Part shown: positions 9,964-21,634 of the stretch, piece after piece | Layout: each line of letters opens with the position of its first letter | Numbering within the stretch: the stretch's first letter is position 1 | Assembly (NCBI GenBank): GCA_963792585.1 | Contig: CAWBWI010000001.1 | Coordinates: forward strand, 1,696,001-1,760,000 | DNA length: 64,000 nucleotides | Direction of reading: 5' to 3' | Source: Candidatus Eiseniibacteriota bacterium | GTDB lineage: Bacteria; Eisenbacteria; RBG-16-71-46; CAIMUX01; VGJL01 | Notes under the pieces: generated by a model | The model's database searches: none | What the model saw: only the letters and a program-made list of their open reading frames with translations | What the model was told of the DNA's origin: nothing | Translations under genes and position numbers: made by a program

Positions 9964-10592
9964 CCGAGCAGGGCCTGCACGCGCTCCACCGCGTTCGCGC
10001 CGTCGAAGCCGTATGCATCGGCTCCGAATTCGCGCGCGATCTCCTCCGACAGCGGGGCGCCGCCGACGATGGTGCGGATCTTCCCGCTGAGGCGGCGGGC
10101 GCGGAGGAGGTCGACGACTTCCTTCATCACCGGCATCGTCGTCGTGAGCAGGGCCGACATGCCGATGACCGTCGCGCCCGATTCCCTCGCGGCCTTCACG
10201 AACTGCTCCGGAGCGACGTCGTTGCCCAGATCGATGACCTCGAATCCGGCGCCCCGGAGCAGGATTGCGACGAGGTTCTTGCCGATGTCGTGCAAGTCCC
10301 CGCGGACCGTGCCGATCACGATCTTCCCCCGGAGCGGGATTCCCTCCTGGATGAGCAGGGGTTTCAGTTCATCCATGCCCGCGTACATCGCCCGCGCGGC
10401 CATGAGGACGTCGGGGAGGAACATCTCGTGGTGGCGGAACTTCTCCCCCACGACATTCATCCCCGCGATGAGACCTCGATCGAGGATCTCCTTGGGTGGA
10501 ATTCCGAGAGCGATCGCCTGGCGCGTCAGCGCCGCGACCCTCTCCTCCTCACCCAACTTCAGATCCTCCGCGATCCGGGTCAGTATCTCCAT
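9960..10592 (-). CDS. Cobalamin-binding corrinoid protein (MttC/MtgC/MetH cap + B12 domain)
   Basis: 'GTVRGDLHDIGKNLV' DxHxxG motif, 'MSALLTTT', 'VGGAP'; ATGA overlap with the downstream gene. Confidence 0.95.
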   Translation of the reverse strand: MEILTRIAEDLKLGEEERVAALTRQAIALGIPPKEILDRGLIAGMNVVGEKFRHHEMFLPDVLMAARAMYAGMDELKPLLIQEGIPLRGKIVIGTVRGDLHDIGKNLVAILLRGAGFEVIDLGNDVAPEQFVKAARESGATVIGMSALLTTTMPVMKEVVDLLRARRLSGKIRTIVGGAPLSEEIAREFGADAYGFDGANAVERVQALLG

Positions 10593-10602
10593 CCCGCCCT
10601 CC

Positions 10603-11316
10603 CTAGTCGTGTTCCATGACCCGCAGGATGCGCGCGCGGCAACCTCTCGCCCGGCATTCGCGGCAGAACGGATAGCTGTCCTCGAAAGCGTGGATCTCGC
10701 GCGCTCCCGCGACGACCACGCCCGACATCGATTTCAATGGCTGCATCAGGTAGCTCTCCCGCAGGCTGATCCCGATCTCCTCGGGCTGAAGGGCGGCAAA
10801 GAGCCTCCGCTGCCCGCTAATGTGCCAGCCGCAGTAACCGGGGCTGTAGCGAAGCACCCCGATTCTCGGCCCGCCAATCCAGTGCCACCCGAGCGTTTCG
10901 CGAAAGCGACCCTCGATCCGATCGCCGGCCTGCTCGGTCGCCGCGGAGGCGACGGCATCGAGCATCGTACCGAGCGCGAATTCACGGGACCCGAAGCGCC
11001 GCAGGATCTCGCAGCTGACCGCTTCGCCGACCGTGAGGGCGAAGAGCGCCATCCGGTCCGCGCGAGGGAAGACCTGCGCCAGAGGCGTCACGGGCTCGTT
11101 GCGGTCCTCGCCGTGATAGATCGACACGAACTCTTCGGGCGAGATATCCGCCACAACGGCCTCGGGCGCCGCGTGGGATGCGAAGATCTCATATGCGGAC
11201 CGCAGCATCTCCTCGTTGCGCGGGCTCGGAGTCCCCGGAGGCATCCCCAGTTGCGCCAGGACCGCGCCTCGATCGGGAAGGATCTCCTCGGCCGGGATCT
11301 CGACGATATCCCTCAT
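10603..11316 (-). CDS. Stand-alone B12 methionine-synthase reactivation (AdoMet-binding) domain protein
   Basis: 'RYSPGYCGW', 'IGISL.ES..M.P.KS.SG' signatures of the MetH activation domain; C-terminal CxxCxxxxC. Confidence 0.82.
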   Translation of the reverse strand: MRDIVEIPAEEILPDRGAVLAQLGMPPGTPSPRNEEMLRSAYEIFASHAAPEAVVADISPEEFVSIYHGEDRNEPVTPLAQVFPRADRMALFALTVGEAVSCEILRRFGSREFALGTMLDAVASAATEQAGDRIEGRFRETLGWHWIGGPRIGVLRYSPGYCGWHISGQRRLFAALQPEEIGISLRESYLMQPLKSMSGVVVAGAREIHAFEDSYPFCRECRARGCRARILRVMEHD

Positions 11317-12767
11317 GGGTCACGCGCCGGGAGGGACGGCATTCCATGACGACGGGCCTCCGTCTCCATCCTGCGGACCAGCTCTTGCTTCGCGGAATCG
11401 GACAGGCGGGAAGGAGTCGCCGCGGAGATCTTCCTCTCGACCTCCCGGTGAGCCCTCTCTCCGAGCGTGAGACCGCCTTCTTCGAGCCACCGGGAGCGGT
11501 TCGCCCGATCGATCACCGGGCCGGGGAATAGGTGCTCGTCGCGGAGATGCCGGCGCGTGTGCTTGGAGATCAGGAGGTGTCCCTCCCGAAGGAGTTCTTC
11601 GAAATGGGGCAGCGCCGGGAAGTCATCCCTCGGGACGATGCCGCGACCGAGTCGCAGCGCCATCCCGGCAATCTCGTTGTCGAGGAGGAGCTTTTCCAGA
11701 CTCTGGCAGCTCTCGAAGTCGAGCATCCCGGGGCCCGAAACGCTTTGAATCCCCGAAAGAACGGCGAGTGTCGCTCCCATCGAGGTCTCGAGACCGGCCT
11801 GCGCATCGAGCTGCTTTGCATCGCTGAGGGATGTATAGGCCTGCGTCGGTAGGCCGAGATGGCGGCCGATCTCGGCATAGGCGCAGTCGAGGAGCATCGT
11901 CTCGGGCGCGCCCATCGGGGTCGTCTCGTAACGAACGTCGAATGCGGCGGGAGAGCCGCCGTAGAGGACCGGTGCGCCCGGAGCGGCCAGCTGACCCATC
12001 ACGATGCCGCTCAACGTCTCGGCGGTGTGCTGGACGAGGCTGCCGACGATCGTCACCGGCGACATGAATCCCGTGAGCGGCATCGAGATCGTCTCGACGG
12101 GAATGCCGGACCGCGCGCAGTCGATGAGGTTCTGCGAGGTCACCCGGCTCCACTTCAGGGGCGCGGTCGGACAGCAGGAGAAGATGGTGAGAGGCTTGGC
12201 TGCGAGCTCTCCCTCAGAACCGCGGACGATCACCTGGAGATCGCGCATGATCTCGAACGACTCGATCGTGAAGGCGCCGGTCACCACGGGCTTCTCGCCG
12301 TAAAGGAGGCTCAGGAAGAGCCGGTAGCTGTCCTGAATCGGCTCCGGGACGTCGGCGGGGATGAAGGCGGTGCTCTGCGCGGCGATGTGTTCGAGCCCAT
12401 CCACGAGCTTGACGTGGCGAATGTAGTCACGCGTGGTCGGCTTACGCATTTTCCCCGTATCCGGGTCGAGGATATGGATGGCGGCGGAGCCGGGCGTGAA
12501 GTAGGTCCTTCCGTCCACGAAGTCGTGGGTTTCGACCCCGAGAAGATCGTGCAGCTTGAAGGAGCGCGGCGCGGTTCCGAGCGCCCGGTCGATCAGATCG
12601 CCGGGGATGCGGGCCCGGCCGCCCTCGATCGCGGCGCCATGATCGCCCAGCAGGGCCAGCGCCTCCGGGTTGTGGATCTCGGTCCCGAGCGTCGCCAGCA
12701 GGCTGCGCGCCTCGGCGAGGATTCGTTCGATGAGCGGAACATCGAGGAAACGGACGGTGGGTCTCAA
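11313..12767 (-). CDS. MttB-superfamily (trimethylamine/quaternary amine) corrinoid methyltransferase, pyrrolysine-free
   Basis: TTG start; 'SPVTIVGSLVQHTAETLSG...APGAPVLYGG', 'GAPE', 'SDAKQLDAQAGLE', 'GMLD...SLEKLLLDNE'; no in-frame TAG. Confidence 0.9.
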   Translation of the reverse strand: MRPTVRFLDVPLIERILAEARSLLATLGTEIHNPEALALLGDHGAAIEGGRARIPGDLIDRALGTAPRSFKLHDLLGVETHDFVDGRTYFTPGSAAIHILDPDTGKMRKPTTRDYIRHVKLVDGLEHIAAQSTAFIPADVPEPIQDSYRLFLSLLYGEKPVVTGAFTIESFEIMRDLQVIVRGSEGELAAKPLTIFSCCPTAPLKWSRVTSQNLIDCARSGIPVETISMPLTGFMSPVTIVGSLVQHTAETLSGIVMGQLAAPGAPVLYGGSPAAFDVRYETTPMGAPETMLLDCAYAEIGRHLGLPTQAYTSLSDAKQLDAQAGLETSMGATLAVLSGIQSVSGPGMLDFESCQSLEKLLLDNEIAGMALRLGRGIVPRDDFPALPHFEELLREGHLLISKHTRRHLRDEHLFPGPVIDRANRSRWLEEGGLTLGERAHREVERKISAATPSRLSDSAKQELVRRMETEARRHGMPSLPARDP

Positions 12768-12874
12768 CGCGTTGCCCCCCCCGAGCCAGATCGGAACGCT
12801 GCGGTTCGTTCGGACGCTGGCGATACTAGCACCGAAGGCAGGGGGGCGGCCAGGAGACGGGAGGTCCAGGAAAC

Positions 12875-12900
12875 GGGAGGTCCCGTCGTCGGGACCTCCC
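12875..12900 (-). terminator. Probable intrinsic terminator of the cytochrome c gene
   Basis: Perfect 11-bp stem GGGAGGTCCCG / CGGGACCTCCC with 4-nt loop, followed on the minus strand by GTTTCC, 10 bp after the stop. Confidence 0.6.
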
Positions 12901-12910
12901 TCCTGGCGGA

Positions 12911-13507
12911 CTACTTGCCCATCGGCGCCATCTGGTGCGTCGGCGCCTGGTTCCTGATAGGCGGGACGGACTGGAGGTAGGCGAAGATCGACTTCAAGTC
13001 CTCATCGGTTGCCTTGCCGATCCCCGGCCACGGCATCGGCGGGAGGATCGGCTCGCCCTTGCCCATGTGCTTTCCCGTCCTCATCGCCTGAATGAAGATC
13101 TCGGGGGTCCAGGAGCCAATGCCGGTTTCCATGTCGGGGGTGAGATTGTAGGAATAGGAGATTCCCCATGGTCCGGCGAACACCGTCCCGGAGCCATCCC
13201 CGAACCACATCCACGAGCCTTCAGGCTTCGGAGGCGGGGAGATCTGCATTCCCTCCGGAGAGCCCGATAGCAGACGCGCCATGTCGGGCTCCGGCCCGTT
13301 GGGCCCCATCTTGAAAGGCGTATGGCAATCGTTACAGCCGCCCAACGCAACGAGGTACTTGCCTCGCTCAATCATCGCCTTCTCCCCGCCCGGAGCCGGA
13401 GCAGCCTGCGCCGGCCGGACACCATGGACTTCGCTCATCACGAGGAGAATCGCCGGCAAGCTGACAACGAGCATGCCCAAGAACTTGGTCATCGATGACC
13501 TGGTCAT
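12911..13507 (-). CDS. Periplasmic c-type cytochrome (single CxxCH)
   Basis: Signal peptide; 'ERGKYLVALGGCNDCHTP', 'NLTPD.ETGIG.W', 'PPMPW' axial Met, 'DLKSIFAYL'. Start codon uncertain. Confidence 0.88.
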   Translation of the reverse strand: MTRSSMTKFLGMLVVSLPAILLVMSEVHGVRPAQAAPAPGGEKAMIERGKYLVALGGCNDCHTPFKMGPNGPEPDMARLLSGSPEGMQISPPPKPEGSWMWFGDGSGTVFAGPWGISYSYNLTPDMETGIGSWTPEIFIQAMRTGKHMGKGEPILPPMPWPGIGKATDEDLKSIFAYLQSVPPIRNQAPTHQMAPMGK

Positions 13508-13737
13508 ATTCAAATACCCCCACTGATTCGTGACTGGATGACGTGACTCTGGGCTCGCGCCCATCCTCCCCCTCCTTCGGCCCGGTCCGAAACGGGGAGG
13601 GAGCAACAGGCATTCTGCCCGGGATCTCGCCATGATCAACACAAAAAATCGCGTGGCTGAGTAGCCGCGCTCATAGTGTAGAGTCACAGGTCTCCTAGAA
13701 ACCACGCGGGCCCCACTCACCGGAGGTCGAGAACCGC

Positions 13738-15339
13738 ATGATCTTCGTATGCAGGCGACAAGTTTGCCGAGTTTTCTGGATTGGCATCGCCGCCATGATC
13801 GGCATGTATCCCATTGTCGCACAATCTATTACGCAGGTACCCTCCGTCGCGCAGCCGGACAGCGCGCTGGCGGTCACTCTCGCGGGGATCGAGGGGGCGC
13901 CCCTTGCGCTCCCCGACGCCGTCCGGTTGGGGCTCGAAGCGACCTCCGCAGTCCGCGAAGCGCGGGCCGGACTCGAGGCGGCCCAGGAGGCGGTAGGGCG
14001 GGAACGGGGTTCGTTCGATCCCACCTTGTTTGCCGACCTTACCCGGAGGAGTGACGATCGGTTGACGGCTTCGGCCTTCTCCGGCGCTCCGGTACTGAAG
14101 ACCCGCGAGACGATCGCATCGGGGGGCGCCAGCGTCCACCTGCCGATCGGCACCGACCTGTCGGCCACACTGAACGCGCAGAGGACGACGACAAATTCCT
14201 CGTTCGCTTCCCTCAATCCACAGTACGACGCGTTCGCCGGACTCACGATCAGACAGCCGCTCCTGAAGGGATTCGGCCCCGCAGCGAACCAGGACTTCAG
14301 GTCCACCCAGCGAATCCTCGATGCGGCGCGGGCCGGCTATCTCGACGCCGTCCTGGGCGCGCGGGCGGACATCGAGTCGACGTACTGGAATCTCTATGCG
14401 GCGGAGCGGGATCTCGCCGTGCAGGAACTGATCTTCGAGCGCGCCCAAGCTCTTCTGGTCGAGACGCGCACCCGCGCCACGGCGGGACTGGTCGGTCCGA
14501 GTGCGACCGCGAGCGCCCGCGTCTTCGCCGCAGAACAGGAGCAGGCCGTTCTGGACCGTGAGGAGGATCTCGATCTGATCAGCGATCGGTTGGCGACCCT
14601 GATCGGGGTCCGCCCTCCCGGCGGACAGCGGCGGTGGCGTCCCACGGAAAGCCCGTCGACCGACGTCGCGGTCCTGCCGGCCGACTCCCTCGTCGCGCTC
14701 GCGATTCAGCGAAACCCCGGCCTCGCCGCCCTGCGCGCCGCGTCGGAATCGGTGCGCGCGCTCGAACGCGGGGCGGCGTGGGATGCTCTTCCGCAAGTCG
14801 ATCTCGTCGGATCGATCGGCGGCTCGGGGCTCTCGGGGACCGGGCGGGACGTCATCTTCGGCAGCGATACGCTGCGTGCCGAGTCGAAAGGCGATCTGGG
14901 TGAGAGCCTGCGACAGGTTCGCTCGCGAGACTATCCGAGCTGGAGCGCGGGCATTCGTTTCTCGATGCCCTTGCTCCTCCGCGACGGGAGAGGCGAGCGA
15001 GATCGTCTGCGCGCGGAGACCCGTCGGGCCGACGAAGTGACGGTCGCCACCGAGCGCGCGATCGAGGAGCGCGTGCGCGCGGCCCATCGTGCCCTCGTCC
15101 ACGCCGGCCAGCGTTTGGCGGCCGCCCGGGAAGGGGTCGACGCCTCGCAGGAGCAGGTTCGGATCGGACTCGTCGAGTACCGAAACGGCCGTTCCACAGC
15201 CTTTGAAATCGTCCGTCTGGGCGCCGACCTCGCCTCGGCCCAGCAACGCTACTCCCGGGCCCTCGTGCGCGCCGCGCAGGCGACGGCGGAGATTCGGTAC
15301 CTGACCGCCGAGGATCCCCCGATCCTCGCGTCGGAATGA
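13738..15339 (+). CDS. TolC-family outer membrane efflux protein
   Basis: Two OEP-like repeats ('LTIRQPLLKGFG', 'YWNL', 'EYRNGRSTAFE'); first gene of an RND operon. Confidence 0.85.
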   Translation: MIFVCRRQVCRVFWIGIAAMIGMYPIVAQSITQVPSVAQPDSALAVTLAGIEGAPLALPDAVRLGLEATSAVREARAGLEAAQEAVGRERGSFDPTLFADLTRRSDDRLTASAFSGAPVLKTRETIASGGASVHLPIGTDLSATLNAQRTTTNSSFASLNPQYDAFAGLTIRQPLLKGFGPAANQDFRSTQRILDAARAGYLDAVLGARADIESTYWNLYAAERDLAVQELIFERAQALLVETRTRATAGLVGPSATASARVFAAEQEQAVLDREEDLDLISDRLATLIGVRPPGGQRRWRPTESPSTDVAVLPADSLVALAIQRNPGLAALRAASESVRALERGAAWDALPQVDLVGSIGGSGLSGTGRDVIFGSDTLRAESKGDLGESLRQVRSRDYPSWSAGIRFSMPLLLRDGRGERDRLRAETRRADEVTVATERAIEERVRAAHRALVHAGQRLAAAREGVDASQEQVRIGLVEYRNGRSTAFEIVRLGADLASAQQRYSRALVRAAQATAEIRYLTAEDPPILASE

Positions 15340-16472
15340 TGAGGAGATTCCTGATGATCGCGATCGATCGATACCCTGATTCCCCACGATTCGCTGCGTG
15401 CTTGCTCCTCGCCCTCCTCGCCGTCGCGCCGGGGTGCGCGAAGAAGAACGCGGCGCAGGGCGGCTTCAAGATGCCTCCGACGCCGGTCGAGACCGCGATC
15501 GTCGCCTCCGCCCCGATGGTGGATCGATTCGAGGTGATCGGATCGATCGAGGCGGGGGAGGCGATCACCGTCGTGTCCGAGATCGATGGCGCGATCGTGA
15601 GCCTTCCCTTCCGTGAGGGCGAGCCGATCCGCCGGGGCGGCCTGATCGCCCAGATCGACGACGCCCAGCTTGCCGCGGACGTCGACCGCGCCGAGGCGCT
15701 GCGCGCGCAAAGCCAGGCGACCTTCGATCGCGTGAAGTCGGTCGTGGATCAAGGGGCCGGCGCGCCCCAGGACCTCGACGACGCCGCCGCGGCCCTGAAG
15801 GTGGCGGAGGCCAATCTGGCGCTCGCCCGCACGGCGCTGGCCAAGACCCGGATCGTCGCGCCGTTCGACGGGATCGCCGGCGCCCGTCGCGTCAGCCCCG
15901 GCGCCTTCGTCCGCGCGGGACAGGCGATCACCGACCTCGCGCAGATCACCGAGATCCGGGTCAACTTCTCCGCGCCCGAGCGCTATCTCGGCAAGCTCGC
16001 ACGGGGCGCCGGGTGACCATCTCCACGACCGCCTATCCGGGCTACGGAACTCAAGGGCAAGATCGATGTGATCGAGCCCGTGCTCGACCCCGCGACGCGC
16101 AGCGCGCGAGATCGTCGCGCGCGTGGCCAATCCCGGCGGACGATTCCGCCCGGGCATGTCGGCGAACGTGACCGCCGTCCTGAGCGAGCGCGGCCGACGC
16201 GCTCGACCGTGCCCAACGAGGCGGTCTTCGTCGAGGGCAACCAGGCCTTCGTCTACGTCGTGAAGGCCGACAGCACGGTGACGCGCGACGGCGCTGACCC
16301 TCGGGATCGCGCACGCCGGAGGCCGTCGAGGTCGTCCAGGGTCTCGACGCCCGGAATGCGGGTCGTCCGCGCCGGCCACCAGAAGCTCTACGAGGGCGCG
16401 AAGGTCATGCCGATCCAGAGCCAGGGGGCGGCCGCCAGTTCTGCGGCGCCGGGCGCGGGAGGGGCGCGATGA
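15336..16472 (+). CDS. RND efflux membrane fusion protein, several apparent frameshifts after about 16010
   Basis: ATGA overlap with tolC; 'IVAPFDG', 'FSAPERY'; 'IEPVLDPATRS', 'FRPGMSANV' and 'VPNEAV' fall in different frames. Confidence 0.82.
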
Positions 16473-19400
16473 AGCTCTGCGAACTCTCCATCCAGCGGCC
16501 GGTCTTCGCGACGGTGATGAGCCTCGCGATCATCCTCTTCGGGGTCATCGCCTTCACGCGTCTTCCCGTGCGCGAGTACCCGGACATCGATCCGCCGATC
16601 GTCTCGATCACGACCTTCTACCGCGGCGCGAGCCCGAGCGTCGTCGAGACCGAGATCACGAACGTCCTCGAGGAGCAGCTCGCCACCCTCGAAGGGGTCA
16701 AGACGATCGACCTCGATCGAGCCAGGAGCAGGGCTCGGTCGATCACGATCGAGTTCGAGCTGAACCGCGACGTCGACGAGGCGGCGAACGACGTGCGCGA
16801 CCGGGTCTCGCGGATCCGCGGCTCGCTCCCGCGCGAGGCCGACGACCCGATCGTCGCGAAGGTCGACGTCAACGCCCAGCCGATCGTCTGGATCGCCCTC
16901 TCGAGCGACCCGCCACGACGGACTCGAGCTGACCGACGTCGCCGACCGCGTCCTGAAGGAGCGGATCCAGCGGCTGCCGGGCGTCGGCGTCGGTCATCAT
17001 CGGCGGCGAGCGCCGCTACGCGATGCGCGTCTGGCTCGACCCGATGCGGATGGCCGCCCACGGTCTGACGGCGCAGGACATCGAGGCGGCGATCCGGACG
17101 CGAGAACGCCGAGATCCCCGGCGGCCGCGTCGAGGGAACCGGGCGCGAGTTCGCGGTGCGCACGCGCGGCGACCTGACCACGCCCGAGGAGTTCGCGGCG
17201 ATCATCGTCACGCAGAGCGAGAACGACGTCGTGCGCCTGGGCGACGTGGCCGAGGTCGCGATCGGCGCCGAGGACGAGCGGACCGTCGCGCGCTACAACG
17301 GCCAGCCGGCCGTCGGCCTCGGCATCGTCAAGCAGTCGAAGGCGAGCACGATCGACGTCGCCGCGCGCCGTGCGCGGCGCGCTGCCCGAGCTGTCGCAGA
17401 GCCGCTGCCCGAGGGCATGCGCCTCGACGTCGCCTACGACTCCTCGACCTTCATCGAGGATTCGATCCACGAGGTGACGGACACGCTCCTGATCGCCATG
17501 TGCCTCGTCGTGCTCGTGATCCTGGTCTTCCTGAAGAGCTTCCGCGCGACGATGATCCCGACGATCGCGATCCCGATCTCGATCATCGGCACCTTCGCGG
17601 TGGCCTACTTCCTGGGCTTCACGATCAACATCCTGACGCTGCTGGCGCTCGTGCTCGCGATCGGACTCGTCGTGGACGACGCCATCGTCGTGCTGGAGAA
17701 CATCTTCCGGCACATGGAGATGGGCAAGAGGACGCAGGCAGGCGGCGTTCGACGGCTCCAAGGAGATCGGCTTCGCCGTCCTCGCGACGACGATCGCGCT
17801 GGTCGCGGTCTTCGTCCCGGTCGCCTTCCTGACCGGCACCGTCGGGCGGCTCTTCAAGGAGTTCGGCATCTCGGTGGCGGTCGCGGTGCTGATCTCGGGA
17901 TTCGTCGCACTGACCCTGACGCCGATGCTCTGCTCGCGGATGCTGCGGCCGCTGCACGGCGGCGGCACGGGCTGGACGACCCGCTCCTTCGACGCCTTCT
18001 TCAACTTCCTCGATCGCGTCGTACGAGCAGACGCTGCGCACGGCGCTCCGCCGCCGTCCCGCTCGTCGTCGCGGCCGCCGTCGCGTTGATCGTGGTGAGC
18101 GTGGGGGTCTTCAAGCTGCTCCCGCGCGAGCTGGTGCCGACCGAGGACCGCGGCATCGCCTTCGGCATCGTCATCGCGCCGGAGGGCTCGACGCTCGACT
18201 ACACGGACCGCTACATGCGGCAGGTCGAAGCGATTCTGCTGCCCCTGCCGGAGCGCAACGGACTCTTCACCGCGATCGGCTCTCGGCTTCGGCGGGCCCG
18301 GGACGGTCACCAACGGCTTCGTCTTCCTCAACCTGAAGCCGCGCGCCGAGCGCGACGAAGTCCCAGCAGGAGATCGTCGCAGGAGCTCTTCCCGCAGCTC
18401 TGATCTCGATCCCCGGCGTGCTCGCCTTCGTGATCAACCCGCCGAGCCTCGGCGGGCAGTTTCGCCTCGAGTCCGGTGGAGTACGTCCTGCAGGCGGAGA
18501 GCTACGACGAGCTGCGCCGGCGCGGTCGGCACGATGATGGCCAAGGCATCGAAGCTCGGCTACCTGGTCAACCTGGACACCGACCTGCGTCTCAACAAGC
18601 CGCAGCTCGACATCGCGATCGACCGCGAGCGGGCCGCGGGCCTCGGCGTCTCGGTCACCGACATCGGCACGCACGCTGGAGACGTTCCTCGGCGGCCGCG
18701 TGGTGAGCGAGTTCAAGCGCGGCGACGAAGCAGTACGACGTCATCGCGCAGATGAAGGCCGGCCGGTCGCGCGACCCCAGACGCGATCGACGGCATCTAC
18801 CTGCGCGGCAACGGCGGCCTGGTGCAGCTCGCGAACGTCGTGAACGTGCAGCGAGACGGTGGCGCCGAAGGAGCTGAACCACTATCAACCGCGTGCGCTC
18901 GGCGACGATCACGGCGAATCTCGCGCCGGGCGTGAGCCTCGGGACGGCCCTGGACGCTCTCGACCGGATCGCCAGGCGAGAGCTGCCCCCGTCGATCAAG
19001 CGCGAGCTTTCGGCGGCCAGTCGCGCGAGTTCCGCGAGTCGAGCTCCAGCCTCTACTTCATGTTCCTGCTCGCGGTGGTCTTCATCTTCCTGGTGCTGGC
19101 CGCGCAGTTCGAGAGCTTCGTCCACCCGCTCACGATCCTGCTCTCGGTGCCGCTGGCCGTGGTCGGCGCGCTCGTCTCGCTCTATCGTGTTCCGCCAGAG
19201 CATGAACATCTACTCGCAGATCGGGCTGATCATGCTGATCGGCCTGGTGACGAAGAACTCGATCCTGATCGTCGAGTACGCGAACCAGCTTCGCGCGCGC
19301 GGGATGGACGACGGTCGAGGCGGTGGTGGAGGCCGCGCGCATCCGGCTGCGACCGATCCTCATGACCTCCTTCGCGACGATCTTCGGCATCCTGCCGATC

Positions 19401-19616
19401 GCGATCGGCCTCGGCGCCGGCGCGGAGTCGCGCCGGCCGCTCGGCATCGCGGTCGTCGGCGGGATGGTCTTCTCGACCTTCCTGACGCTCGTGCTGGTGC
19501 CGGTCGTCTACACGCTGCTCTCGCGCTTCACGCGCGCCGAGGTGCACGAGACGGAACCGTCCCGCGCGACGGCCGTCGGGGGCGGGGCCGCGCCGAGGCC
19601 GCAGACGGCGCGCTAG
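16469..19616 (+). CDS. RND efflux permease (AcrB/MdtB-like), broken by many single-base indels (sequence errors or pseudogene)
   Basis: '[12 protein letters not shown]', '[15 protein letters not shown]', 'LTLTPML', 'QFESF', '[14 protein letters not shown]', 'RLRPILMT' in order but across shifting frames; total span equals a full-length gene. Confidence 0.85.
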
Positions 19617-20563
19617 CGCAGGAGCGCCGCGATCTCTCCGAGCTCGTCGCGCGTCAGATCCCAGTCGGCGGCTTTCGCAGTCTCCTCGATCTGCGACGGC
19701 CGGCGCGCTCCGACGATCGCGGCTGTCAGCTCCGGACGGCGGAGGACCCAGGCGATCGCGAGCTGGCCGACCGTGCGCCCGGCGCGACCGGCGATCGCGC
19801 GGAGTTTCTCGACCAGTTCGAGGTTCTGGGTGAGAAGAGGTTCCTGGTACTGGCGGGCATTGCGTCTCCAGTCATCCATGGGAAGGGCCGCCATCCGCTC
19901 GCGGGTGAAACCGCCGCTCAGGATCCCCGCCTGCATCGGGCTGTAGACGATCACCCCGATCCCGTGCTCGCGGCAGTAACCCAAGAGCTCGCCTTCCACG
20001 ATGCGATGGACCATGCTGTAGGGCGGCTGGAGCGAGGCGACGGGGTGGATTGCGCGAATGCGTTCGAGTTGCTCGACGTTGAAGTTCGAGACCCCAGCGT
20101 GCAGGATCTTTCCCTCGCCGACGAGCCGGGCGATCTCACACCAAGCTTCCTCGATGTCCTCGGGAGGGTTCGGCCAGTGGATCTGGTATAGATCGATTCG
20201 ATCGGTGCGGAGCCTGCGAAGGGAATCTTCCACCTCGCGACGCACGCTCCCGGCCTTCAGGCGACCGAACGGCGTCGTCTCCCCAGGGTTCCAGACGAGA
20301 CCGCACTTCGTGGCGAGGATCACCCGGTCGCGGCGTCCTTCGATCGCGCGCGCGACGACCTCCTCGGAGTGACCGAGGCCGTAGACGGCGGCCGTATCGA
20401 TCCAGTTGATCCCCAGATCGAGCCCGCGGCGGATCGCGGCGATCGACTCGTTGTCGTCCTGCGGGCCCCATCCGAAGGCCCAGCCTCCTCCGCCGATCGC
20501 CCAGGCGCCGAATCCGACCGTGGTCAGTTCGAGGCCGCTGACTCCCAGCTTGCGTGTGCGCAT
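19613..20563 (-). CDS. Aldo/keto reductase
   Basis: '[12 protein letters not shown]', 'ATKCG', '[18 protein letters not shown]', 'GVSNF', 'YSPM'. Confidence 0.93.
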   Translation of the reverse strand: MRTRKLGVSGLELTTVGFGAWAIGGGGWAFGWGPQDDNESIAAIRRGLDLGINWIDTAAVYGLGHSEEVVARAIEGRRDRVILATKCGLVWNPGETTPFGRLKAGSVRREVEDSLRRLRTDRIDLYQIHWPNPPEDIEEAWCEIARLVGEGKILHAGVSNFNVEQLERIRAIHPVASLQPPYSMVHRIVEGELLGYCREHGIGVIVYSPMQAGILSGGFTRERMAALPMDDWRRNARQYQEPLLTQNLELVEKLRAIAGRAGRTVGQLAIAWVLRRPELTAAIVGARRPSQIEETAKAADWDLTRDELGEIAALLR

Positions 20564-20644
20564 GTCGTCCCCCTGGAAGCGAATCGCCGCCTCTGGCCCC
20601 CCGCGAGTTTCGTGAACTGTAGCACAAGAAACTTTGAGACCCGC

Positions 20645-20674
20645 TTGCCGGACCCGCGACCCTTCTCGCATACT
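20645..20674 (+). promoter_or_regulatory. Candidate sigma70 promoter of msrP (TTGCCG-N18-CATACT), likely leaderless
   Basis: -10-like hexamer ends 6 nt before ATG 20681; no SD sequence. Confidence 0.4.
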
Positions 20675-20680
20675 GGAACC

Positions 20681-21631
<951 letters not shown>

Positions 21632-21634
21632 ACG

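Noticed and set aside
11313..12767. Pyrrolysine recoding in MttB
   Set aside because: No in-frame TAG; Leu at the equivalent site; no pyl genes or tRNA in the window.
12770..12870. Cobalamin or SAM riboswitch ahead of the mttB operon
   Set aside because: The leader is short and lacks recognisable B12-box or SAM-I core sequences.
16000..19330. Programmed frameshifting in the RND genes
   Set aside because: Far too many shifts and no consistent slippery sites.
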